This document shows, piece by piece, positions 30,009 through 37,924 of a DNA stretch of 50,949 nucleotides. Source of the DNA: an uncultured Planctomyces sp. (GTDB lineage Bacteria > Planctomycetota > Planctomycetia > Planctomycetales > Planctomycetaceae); the NCBI GenBank assembly GCA_964539995.1, contig CAZILR010000001.1, positions 1 through 50,949 on the forward strand, in the 5' to 3' direction. The number at the start of each line of letters is the position of its first letter. Positions within the stretch are counted from its first letter, which is position 1. The notes beneath the pieces are model-generated. The model made no database searches, was not told the DNA's origin, and was given only the letters and a program-made list of their open reading frames with translations. The translations under genes were made by a program, and so were the position numbers.

Positions 30009-30989
30009 TCAGTATTTGCCGGTACGGTTGAGCCGTTCAATCTGTGCGAGCCGAGTTTCGATGGGCGGATGCGTGCGAAAGTGGTCGGCCAGATGTTTCA
30101 TCACTGTTCGTCGTTTGGTGGATGAATCCGACGTGGTCGCCGGACAATTCCGCTGAAGCATTTGCAGGCCGAGCGCCGCCTGATCGTGAGATCGCCCTTG
30201 TCGCCGCATCTGGGAGTAGCTCCAGCGGTCGGAAGCGAGTTCGTGTTCTTCCGAGTAGCCGACGGAAATGGCTCGATACGCCATCGCGGCCAGTCCTCCG
30301 ACGAGTTCACCTGCTGTTTGTTCGGCTCGGACAGCGGCGGTCATGCCTTGCACGCAATGCCGCAAATCGCAATGCGCGATCTCGTGACCGAGCACAAATC
30401 GCAACTCGTCATCATCGCGCACGACGTTCAACAGGCCGGTGTGAACGTAGACGTAGCCCCCCAAGTGCGCAAACGCATTGATGTTGTCGTCTTGAATCAC
30501 GGAGAAGTGGTACTCAATCTCCTTCCGCTTGCGAGCGTCCAAGAACGGTTGCACGAGTCGCTGGATGCGGCTCAACAACTCCGGCGCGTCTTTCAGCTTC
30601 TGCTTGTCGCGGATCATGGCATGCACGGATTTGCCAATTTGCTGCTCTTCGCGCGGAGTCAGGCCAGCCACTTGATCGAAGATTTCATTGCCGGCTTGCG
30701 TGACGTCGTGGCCGATATCGAAGGCGAGATCGACCAGAGTTCCGCGATGGTCCTGTTTTGGTGAGGACGTTGGCCGACGCGTCGGTGGGGAACCGGTCTC
30801 GGTCTTGGCCGCGTGACCGATCGGAGGATCGGACGGATTGGAATTCGAGGGGTGAGCATGTCCTGTTTTGGTTCGATCGAAGAGAGTCGCGCCGGCCCGC
30901 CGATGGACGATCGAGGCGACCGCCAGCAGGATGACCACGGTACAGACGACTTGAAATGCTCCGAACTTCACCGGCGGCGCACTCGACAT
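30009..30989 (-). CDS. Membrane-anchored M48-family zinc metalloprotease
   Basis: ATG 30989 is preceded by AGGAG. The N-terminal TM helix is FGAFQVVCTVVILLAVASIV. HEIAH lies at 30372-30386. NAFAHLGGYVYVHTGLL precedes the motif and the downstream EHELASD is a third-ligand-like segment. Confidence 0.9.
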   Translation of the reverse strand: MSSAPPVKFGAFQVVCTVVILLAVASIVHRRAGATLFDRTKTGHAHPSNSNPSDPPIGHAAKTETGSPPTRRPTSSPKQDHRGTLVDLAFDIGHDVTQAGNEIFDQVAGLTPREEQQIGKSVHAMIRDKQKLKDAPELLSRIQRLVQPFLDARKRKEIEYHFSVIQDDNINAFAHLGGYVYVHTGLLNVVRDDDELRFVLGHEIAHCDLRHCVQGMTAAVRAEQTAGELVGGLAAMAYRAISVGYSEEHELASDRWSYSQMRRQGRSHDQAALGLQMLQRNCPATTSDSSTKRRTVMKHLADHFRTHPPIETRLAQIERLNRTGKY

Positions 30990-31000
30990 GACAATTCTCC

Positions 31001-31948
31001 TCAGGATTCGTTGGCGGCCACGCGCCGCAGGGTCTCTTGAAATTCCAATCGTCGTTCGATCTGGCGGATTTCTTCCGGGGTGAATCGCGACCAATCGGGG
31101 TACGAATTCCGGCCGTCGTTTCTGCGTAGTTTGGGATGCAACATTTCCAAATTGGCAGGCGAAGTTCTCGCGATGGACCGGCTCTCTGCAACGATGTCTC
31201 GGTCGCGGTCCTCCCACACAACGTCGTTCTCTTCAGCCTGTATCCGCTTGAGAATCTCGCGACACGTTTCGGTATTCGCTCTGCCATCGGTGGGCCACGA
31301 GAATATGAGTTTGCCGTCGCTGTCCAAAAGATGTAGTTCATCCACGAAGCGAGAGTGTTCCAGCAGTTCCAGCGCATCGAGCAGCCATATGCACTTGTCG
31401 TCATGTTCGTCGCGAGAGACTCGCAAGACGAACCGTTCCGAATGCAGTGGATCCATTCTCCGGCAAACGCGGCTCCAACTTTGTGCCGGCGGAACGCAGG
31501 GGATCAGTACCACGACATGGTAGCCTCGGTCATGCAGATAGGTGACCAGAGTCTCGGACATCTCTGACGTGTCGAAGGTGCAAACTAGGACGAGGTGCCG
31601 ACGTGACTCGACAGCCTTCTCAACCAATCGGCCGGCAAGCTGAGCCGCCGATCCACGCAACGATTTTCCGGCCAAGTCGGCATCGTCCGGAGTCGCGACG
31701 GTGTAGCCAGGGTGCAACAACAGCAGCTCGGTCGGGTCGATCGTGACACAACCGCCATGTTCTCGCAGGCCGCGTCGCGCCGCTTCGGCCAGCACGGACT
31801 TTCCGGCTCCCGGCTGACCAGCCACCAAGATGGCTTGTGGTGCCGGCTGCGGTCGGCTGCCAGACAGGAAACGATCCAACGCCAACAGTTGCCACGCCTG
31901 TTCCAATTGTTGTTCGAGTTGTTCTGAGGATGGCTCATCGCGATTCAT
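31001..31948 (-). CDS. Zeta-toxin-like P-loop kinase with extra C-terminal domain
   Basis: AILVAGQPGAGKSVLAEAA (P-loop decoded near 31795-31830) is followed by VTIDPTELLLLHPGY. This matches the zeta/PezT pattern of a GxPGxGKS loop followed by D.D.fr..hP.y. Confidence 0.8.
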   Translation of the reverse strand: MNRDEPSSEQLEQQLEQAWQLLALDRFLSGSRPQPAPQAILVAGQPGAGKSVLAEAARRGLREHGGCVTIDPTELLLLHPGYTVATPDDADLAGKSLRGSAAQLAGRLVEKAVESRRHLVLVCTFDTSEMSETLVTYLHDRGYHVVVLIPCVPPAQSWSRVCRRMDPLHSERFVLRVSRDEHDDKCIWLLDALELLEHSRFVDELHLLDSDGKLIFSWPTDGRANTETCREILKRIQAEENDVVWEDRDRDIVAESRSIARTSPANLEMLHPKLRRNDGRNSYPDWSRFTPEEIRQIERRLEFQETLRRVAANES

Positions 31949-32160
31949 CGTAGCCCCAATTCCTGTTCGAGGTTCGTGACTTGTTGCATCAGCCGATGAA
32001 CCTGAGCTGGACGATGCTCGGCTTGCGCCAACTGGCAGTCCAAATCCAACCGTCCCAGCTCAGCGAATCGCCGTTCCCGTTCGTTGACGGCGGCCAGTAA
32101 TTCGGGCAACGCCGTCGGTGTTCCGAGTTCGGTCAGCAGTCGGCGAAATAGCTCACTCAT
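31945..32160 (-). CDS. Small helical protein translationally coupled to the zeta-like kinase (candidate antitoxin/chaperone)
   Basis: A 71 aa protein with predicted helical/heptad-like sequence. Its TGA overlaps the kinase ATG as ATGA at 31945-31948. Confidence 0.6.
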   Translation of the reverse strand: MSELFRRLLTELGTPTALPELLAAVNERERRFAELGRLDLDCQLAQAEHRPAQVHRLMQQVTNLEQELGLR

Positions 32161-32169
32161 GTTGTGCCC

Positions 32170-32397
32170 CTATGGCTTACGGGTTGGCTTCTTGGGTGTG
32201 AGATAGGGATGGGTCGGCGACTCCTTCTTCGTCGCATCGGCGAGCTTCCTCAGGTTGGCGGACGTGTTTTCCTTTCCGAGGTCAATGTCTTTGTTTTTGG
32301 AATTGTCTCCTTTGGAATTCCCGCCACCGCTGCCGAATGCTTGGGACAACGATTGGCCTTCAGGTTTTTTCTTAGGTTTCTTTCGGTCATCGAACAT
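32170..32397 (-). CDS. Small Lys-rich, probably disordered protein
   Basis: A 75 aa protein, MFDDRKKPKKKPEG...HPYLTPKKPTRKP. AAGGAA lies about 7 nt upstream of ATG 32397. The gene sits 9 nt upstream of the next gene. Confidence 0.5.
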   Translation of the reverse strand: MFDDRKKPKKKPEGQSLSQAFGSGGGNSKGDNSKNKDIDLGKENTSANLRKLADATKKESPTHPYLTPKKPTRKP

Positions 32398-32429
32398 GGC
32401 GAGTTTCCTTGGGTTTGTTGTCGAAGTGA

Positions 32430-33476
32430 TTAGCTTGTTCGTTGCGTCTTCTTGCGCGTGGTCGAGTTCTTTTCGGCTTCCGAAGAGCTGAGAGTCTTGG
32501 TGGTGTCACGACGTTGTTTCGCGACCTTGTCACCACAGCCGTAGCGCTGTGCCTTGGACGATTCGCTGCCGCCGAAAGCCCCGCCAAGCGACTTCTGACT
32601 CGTCTCTTTACCGGAATGACGTTGGTGAGCCGATGTCTCGGCGCGCTTCGCCATCGAGTCTGCTTGGGACGGGGTCTCTTTGAGGTAACTCTCCGCGCGT
32701 GGAGACTGCCAACCGTCAGAGACCCAGGACTTTCCGTTCTTGTCGACGTTGATCGTGGCTCGATAAAGCGGCTCTGGCTTAGCCTGGCTGCCTTCCGGTC
32801 GAGCCGAGATTTCGTACTGAATTTCCTTGAGGTCACGCGTCCCTTCGTGAGTCGAGGTGACCGTTTTCAACCAGACTTCGTTGCCATCGCGTTTCTGATC
32901 GTGGACTTCACGGACAAATTCTTCAACGCCGTGGTTTTGCAATTGATGATTCACCTCCTTCGGGCCGTAGGTGATGCCACAATCCGACTCCAATCCCGTT
33001 CCTGAGCCGCGGCTATGGAGTCGATCCACGTCACCTCGAGACTCAAGCCCGCTGCGGTTTTCGTTCTGGTAATCCAGCCGTTCTTGGGCCGGTCCGACTT
33101 TCGCGTTGATCGTGACTTCGCCCGTGGGGCCTTCGGTGACGGTGGTCGAATCGATCGACTCATTGCCGAGTCGCTGGCGGCGATCGAGTTCTGTCAACTT
33201 CTGCTGGTTGCCATTGGACTTGGTTTCCAGCTTCTGGATGTCTGACTCACGGCGATCGAGTTCGCCTCGCGATACGGCTTGTGGGTCGCGATCGTGACGC
33301 TCGCGGGCCTGACGCAACTCTTCCCGCTCGTGGCTGAGTTGCGACTTCAATTCTGCTTGTTCCTTTTTGAGCGGAGCACGTCGTCGATCATACGCCTTGG
33401 CCAGCTCGTCCTTTTGCTGCTGCTTGTCGGCTTCTGAATACATGCTGCGTTGGCGTGATTTGTAGTCGTCGGACAT
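32430..33476 (-). CDS. Coiled-coil protein with central globular domain and basic disordered C-terminal tail (putative effector/toxin)
   Basis: AAGGAA lies upstream of ATG 33476. The N-terminal 110 aa is charged heptad-like sequence (KEQAELKSQLSHEREELRQARERH). The central part reads DRLHSRGSGTGLES..PKEVNHQLQNHGVEEFVREV. The tail reads KVAKQRRDTTKTLSSSEAEKNSTTRKKTQRTS. Confidence 0.8.
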   Translation of the reverse strand: MSDDYKSRQRSMYSEADKQQQKDELAKAYDRRRAPLKKEQAELKSQLSHEREELRQARERHDRDPQAVSRGELDRRESDIQKLETKSNGNQQKLTELDRRQRLGNESIDSTTVTEGPTGEVTINAKVGPAQERLDYQNENRSGLESRGDVDRLHSRGSGTGLESDCGITYGPKEVNHQLQNHGVEEFVREVHDQKRDGNEVWLKTVTSTHEGTRDLKEIQYEISARPEGSQAKPEPLYRATINVDKNGKSWVSDGWQSPRAESYLKETPSQADSMAKRAETSAHQRHSGKETSQKSLGGAFGGSESSKAQRYGCGDKVAKQRRDTTKTLSSSEAEKNSTTRKKTQRTS

Positions 33477-33559
33477 GGCTATTTTCCTTGTGAAGAGTCA
33501 GGGGAGGACTGATCGGATTTGGCGAGCCGGAGGGCTAACCTCTTCCGGCATGCCAGACA

Positions 33560-33676
33560 TTAGGGGCGCATCCAGTAGTAGTAGCTGAGAATCTGCGTGT
33601 ACCCGCCCAGCACCAAGCCAATGATCAAGTACACGACGAGTGCGATCAGAAAGACGCGGAACAAAAGGCCGAACAT
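33560..33676 (-). CDS. Micro-ORF (38 aa), single-pass membrane peptide, absent from the ORF track
   Basis: Decoded by hand as MFGLLFRVFLIALVVYLIIGLVLGGYTQILSYYYWMRP followed by TAA. AGGAG lies 7 nt upstream of ATG 33676, and the ORF starts 16 nt after the stop of the upstream ATPase gene. Confidence 0.45.
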   Translation of the reverse strand: MFGLLFRVFLIALVVYLIIGLVLGGYTQILSYYYWMRP

Positions 33677-33692
33677 GGGTGTGCTCCTGTGA

Positions 33693-35642
33693 TCAAGAAA
33701 CGCTCAAGGGATGCCGCTTCCATTTGAGCTTGCGGATGGGCAGCGGCCGTTCGTCGCGGCCACCCAAGAACACGATGGATTCGCAGTGTGGCTCTGGTTG
33801 TTCGCGCGAGCAGATTGACAGCTCGCGGAAACGGTCGGCCGGACACCGCGCATGGAACTGCACGTTCGAGCTGATCTGTTGCGCGTTGACCGGCTTGAAC
33901 CAACCTCGGCCTCCCACCGCCGAAGAGACCCCGTCGATGCCGATCAAGTCTTGGCCGAACAGTTGTGACGTGAAGCTGTTGGTCGCCTCATCGGGATTGC
34001 GGAGAAAGATGCCGGTCAGACAGTTCCCCAGGAATGCGCGAGCGGCTTCCGGGCTGCCGAGCGCGCCGATGTTTTGCGTCGCCACGATGTTGGCATGGAA
34101 GCTCTCGCGCGACAGGCGGAACGTGTCGGCGTCGCTCTTGTCCTGCTCTTGATTCTCTTTCGAGCCGGCCGTGAAGAACTTTTGGAATTCGTCGCAGAAG
34201 AAAAAGCTGGGGCGCTTTTTGCGCGGGCGTCGCAGCACCTCGCGGTAATACTCCAGCTTCAGGAAAATACCGATCGTGCGAGCCATCGTTTCGCGGTCGC
34301 TGGTCGGCATGTGCAAGTACAGGATCTTGCCGTTGTCGATCATGTCGGCGATGCGATGGGTGGACCGGCCGGCAAAGCGAGTGGCATACGGTTGCTTGAG
34401 GAACGGAAACAGCATCCCGGTCAGATGCGCCTGCACGCTGGTCCGTGTCTCCGGAGCCATCGTGGCCCATTCGGTCGCGAAGAACGCCAGGCAGTCGTGG
34501 CAGCGCGGGTCGGTCACGTCCAGGCGATCGGCTCGTTCCGAGATCGCCGCGAAGCTGCTGGCCAGTTCATTGATCTGTGCGAAGCACGGCGGCTCGCCGG
34601 GAGGATTCGTGAGTCGCAATAGCTCCAGCGCGTATTGAATGAACATCGTCGACTTGGTGATCCAGAACGACGAGTTCGAGTCTTTGGTCCCCAGCGATCG
34701 TGAAACGGCGGCGAAACGAGTCGCCAGTTCGTATTCGTCGTCGGCCGAGTCGAACGGATTCCAACACACGCCACTCGCGTCGTCTGGGTCGAGAACGATC
34801 AAGTCCTGACGGCGTTGATACCGCAAACACAGTGCCTCGACATCTCGAAAGAACGTCCCCTTGGGGTCCAGAATCAGGCCACTTGGTTTCAGACCGGCTT
34901 GCGAGGCCGAACCAAACAGGCCGTCGAGAACGGAGTTCAAAACACAAGACGTCTTGCCGCTGCCGATCTGTCCGAAGACGACACAATTCTGCACGAAGTC
35001 ATTCCATTCCCAGTCATGTCCGCCCGCTTGGAACTTCAGCCCGTCTAGGATCGCCAGCGGCAGCGGGATGCCACCATCCGGTGAGTCATTCAACAGATCG
35101 CTAACGCAACGCGGCGTGAAGGATCGCGACAGCTCGGTCTCGTAGCACAGTTGCCGGTGTTTCTGAGCGCACTCGTGAAACAGGAATCCTCCGAAGACGG
35201 GAAACAGGACAAATCCAATCAGCGACAGCCACCACACCATGTTGTACAGCGGCGACAGGACGCCGAGATCCGGCAGCCACATGCTGACCGTGATCAAGCC
35301 CACGCTCGACAGAAACGCTCCCAGCAGAAAGCAGGGGACGGCGATCAATTGATTGAGCGAGAACAGCAAGCTCTTCCAGGCTCGTTCGAGCGGTTCCGGA
35401 GCCGACTCGTAGCGCCACGAGTACAACAGCAGCAGATATCTCCGCAAGGGGCCGAAGAACTGGTAAAGCAGGCACAACAACGCCGCGAAGTAGGCGACGG
35501 TGTAGCCCAGTCGAAACGGCTGCGGGACATGCTTCGGCAGCCAATGAATCGTGACCACGGTGGCCACGCACAGTCCGGCCGAAACGAAGAACTGCGTTTG
35601 AGCCGCGACGACATCCGTCTTGCGTGGGCAATCAGCATGCAT
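33693..35642 (-). CDS. Membrane VirD4/TraG/TraD-like (type IV coupling protein-like) P-loop ATPase
   Basis: About four N-terminal TM helices. Walker A VFGQIGSGKTS decoded at 34951-34980, then GLILDPKG (the DPKG signature of VirD4/TraG), Walker-B-like PSFFFCDEFQKFF and LSRESFHANIVATQNIGAL. The start ATG 35642 overlaps the upstream gene by 11 nt. Confidence 0.85.
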   Translation of the reverse strand: MHADCPRKTDVVAAQTQFFVSAGLCVATVVTIHWLPKHVPQPFRLGYTVAYFAALLCLLYQFFGPLRRYLLLLYSWRYESAPEPLERAWKSLLFSLNQLIAVPCFLLGAFLSSVGLITVSMWLPDLGVLSPLYNMVWWLSLIGFVLFPVFGGFLFHECAQKHRQLCYETELSRSFTPRCVSDLLNDSPDGGIPLPLAILDGLKFQAGGHDWEWNDFVQNCVVFGQIGSGKTSCVLNSVLDGLFGSASQAGLKPSGLILDPKGTFFRDVEALCLRYQRRQDLIVLDPDDASGVCWNPFDSADDEYELATRFAAVSRSLGTKDSNSSFWITKSTMFIQYALELLRLTNPPGEPPCFAQINELASSFAAISERADRLDVTDPRCHDCLAFFATEWATMAPETRTSVQAHLTGMLFPFLKQPYATRFAGRSTHRIADMIDNGKILYLHMPTSDRETMARTIGIFLKLEYYREVLRRPRKKRPSFFFCDEFQKFFTAGSKENQEQDKSDADTFRLSRESFHANIVATQNIGALGSPEAARAFLGNCLTGIFLRNPDEATNSFTSQLFGQDLIGIDGVSSAVGGRGWFKPVNAQQISSNVQFHARCPADRFRELSICSREQPEPHCESIVFLGGRDERPLPIRKLKWKRHPLSVS

Positions 35643-36657
35643 GGCGGGCGACTCCCGTGAGATGCGGATTCTGAAGTACCGGCTGAACGTCAATCCCTCC
35701 GTCCGGGTTGCGGTGCAATGCGATCTTGGTGGCTCCCGCATCGCGAGCGGCGATCATGCCGTCGGCAAACATCGAGTCGAGCACGCGGACCAACTCGCGC
35801 GTTCCGAAGTCCGCCAACTTTAGACTGGCCGACAGTGCGTCGAACAACAGGTGCGGATCAACGAACTCAACCTCCAGGTCGTACTGTCGCGCGAGCGCGA
35901 TGGTGCGCAGGGCCGTGATCTCGGCGAGGACTTCCTTCGGCAGCGACTTGAAGACATAGATGCGGTCAAAGCGGCCAAGGATTTCGGGTCGAAACGCCTG
36001 CGAGTCGCGCAGGTGTTTCTTGATCGCGTCAGCTTGCTCATAGGGATCGGGCAGTTCGTCTGCGATGCGAGCGATCGCTTCGTGCTCTTTGTTGCAGGTC
36101 AGAATGATGATGGCCTTCGTGAAGTCGGCGACGCGGCCGCTTCCCTGCTCGGTCAATCGTCCCTCGCCCATCATGGACAGGAACAGATCGAAGACCTCGC
36201 TGGCGGCCTTCTCGACTTCATCGAACAACACGACTCGATTCGGATTGCTGAGCATCGCTCGTGTCAGCTCGCCGCCATCTTCGGCACCGACGAATCCTTT
36301 GGTCGTGCCGATCAAACGGGTCTTTCCCTGCTGCGGTGTGAGGTCCGCGCAATCGATGCGCTTCATCTGCTTTTCGTCACCATACAACGCCTCGGCGACG
36401 GCCTTGGCCATTTCGGTCTTGCCGGTCCCTGTCGGGCCGACGAACAGAATGTTGGCCACAGGCCGATCGCGTCGGACCTTCGCCTTTTGCTGTCGGATCA
36501 GGCGAACCAGATCCTCGACAACATGATCTTGTCCGCGCACACGGCCAAGAATGATTTGTCGCAAATGGGATTCGCTGGGAACGGCGTCCCCTTTCTGACG
36601 GCTGCTGAGCAGTTCCATCAGCTTGTCGCGGTCGGTAATGGACAGAGGGTCGCGCAT
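35632..36657 (-). CDS. Soluble Clp/Hsp100 D2-type AAA+ ATPase (AAA_2 plus D2-small-like C-terminus)
   Basis: GQDHVVEDLVRLIRQ. Walker A ILFVGPTGTGKTEMAKAVAEALYG (36415-36438). Walker B VVLFDEVEKA. Sensor-like GRFDRIYVFKSLPKE. All resemble ClpB/ClpA D2. Confidence 0.92.
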   Translation of the reverse strand: MRDPLSITDRDKLMELLSSRQKGDAVPSESHLRQIILGRVRGQDHVVEDLVRLIRQQKAKVRRDRPVANILFVGPTGTGKTEMAKAVAEALYGDEKQMKRIDCADLTPQQGKTRLIGTTKGFVGAEDGGELTRAMLSNPNRVVLFDEVEKAASEVFDLFLSMMGEGRLTEQGSGRVADFTKAIIILTCNKEHEAIARIADELPDPYEQADAIKKHLRDSQAFRPEILGRFDRIYVFKSLPKEVLAEITALRTIALARQYDLEVEFVDPHLLFDALSASLKLADFGTRELVRVLDSMFADGMIAARDAGATKIALHRNPDGGIDVQPVLQNPHLTGVARHAC

Positions 36658-36669
36658 GAGTTGCCTCGT

Positions 36670-37875
36670 TTAATGTGCCAGTGCGAGCTGGCTGGAAGAA
36701 GCGGTTTCGAGGGGAGCCGAAGTGGACTGACAGCGATCGACGAAATCCTGAGTCAGCACCAAATTCCTCAGTCCGTGAGTGACCGCCAGGTGAATGGGAT
36801 CTGAAATCCAGCGCGAGATGCGAATCCTCGAAGACTCGCAACCGGTGGCCTCAGAGAAGTGTTCGACCTCACGCACGACGATTCGTGGATCGACGTAATC
36901 CAATTGCAATTCGTAGCGGTGACACTCATCCGCCATGAGTTGCAGCAACACGCGAGCCTTTGTCACGTCATCCAATCGCCGCAAGCACAGACAGTCGGTG
37001 GCCAGGTTGAACAACGCTGGCGGACAACCGATGTGTTCGCTGAGTGCCGAGAGCCACTTTTCGCGGTGGGCCTGTGAATCCGACTGGCATTCCGGCGGTA
37101 ACGATGGGCTGGTCAAGAAGACCAAGCAGTTTTGAAAACTCACGCTGCCCGTGTCGGACGAGCATTGGCCGCATTGCAGCAGACCCTGCAACATTTGCCA
37201 GACTTTCGGATGCGCGGCTCCGGCATTTTCCAGAATGACCGTGTGAAAAGGCTGCTGCCGCACCGGCAACACCAATGAACCGTCTTGCCCGGAGACACCG
37301 CAGAGTCGTCCGACTGCCGAGTCGTCGGCGTAGTCGCCGAGATCGAGAATCGTCACCGCGCCGTGTCGAAAGAGTCGCTGTCCGAGACGTACCGCCATCA
37401 GCCGCTTGCCGATTCCTGGAGATCCGACCAACCAAAACGCTCCGAGAGGCGGTAGCGATTGGCGTTCGACACAACCGCGCAACGAGACCGCTTTTCGCAA
37501 ATGCTCGACCATCACCTCGATCGCTTGATCGTGGCCGAACACATTCTGCTTGAGCTGTCGCGCACACCAATCGAAGTCACCCGAAGTCTTCAACAGTAGT
37601 GTGTCCGAAACACCATCGACCGTCAGGTCAGCCGGAAGTTGCTGCTGCGAGTAATGACAGACGCCATCAATCCACCATTTCCAGACAGCTCGTTGATACA
37701 GCTTGGCCAGCAGGCGTCGTTCGTATCTCAAGCCGTAGATCGTGGCCGCGGCTGCTCCGGCCAAGCTGACAACCAGCGTCGTGACGATCACGCCCGTGAA
37801 TCTCAGCAGTAATTGGACGGTCATCCACGCGCCGAGCACGAGCAGCAGATTCGAGAGTGAGGATTGTCGTGGCAT
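36670..37875 (-). CDS. Membrane-anchored, degenerate paralogue of the Clp-D2-type AAA+ ATPase
   Basis: Two N-terminal TM helices (LLLVLGAWMTVQLLL..VIVTTLVVSLAGAAAATIYGL). FGHDQAIEVMVEHLRKA. The Walker A variant is LVGSPGIGKR. The Walker B position reads TVILENAGAA instead of hhhhDE. Confidence 0.85.
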   Translation of the reverse strand: MPRQSSLSNLLLVLGAWMTVQLLLRFTGVIVTTLVVSLAGAAAATIYGLRYERRLLAKLYQRAVWKWWIDGVCHYSQQQLPADLTVDGVSDTLLLKTSGDFDWCARQLKQNVFGHDQAIEVMVEHLRKAVSLRGCVERQSLPPLGAFWLVGSPGIGKRLMAVRLGQRLFRHGAVTILDLGDYADDSAVGRLCGVSGQDGSLVLPVRQQPFHTVILENAGAAHPKVWQMLQGLLQCGQCSSDTGSVSFQNCLVFLTSPSLPPECQSDSQAHREKWLSALSEHIGCPPALFNLATDCLCLRRLDDVTKARVLLQLMADECHRYELQLDYVDPRIVVREVEHFSEATGCESSRIRISRWISDPIHLAVTHGLRNLVLTQDFVDRCQSTSAPLETASSSQLALAH

Positions 37876-37924
37876 GACAGAACCAATGCTGTTTCAAAAT
37901 GATGGCGGTGCTGGCAACTCCGGC

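Noticed and set aside
30685-31404. 239 aa ORF and the 30990-31217 extension of the M48 ORF, both overlapping the zeta-like kinase gene.
   Set aside because: Both are out of frame with two motif-bearing genes and have a low-complexity Arg/Ser-rich translation. The M48 start at 30989 has its own AGGAG.
33693-35741. The coupling-protein-like ATPase as evidence for an integrative conjugative element or T4SS.
   Set aside because: No relaxase, VirB4/B6/B8-10, pilin, integrase or oriT-like repeat was seen anywhere in the window, so it is treated as an orphan component of a different system.
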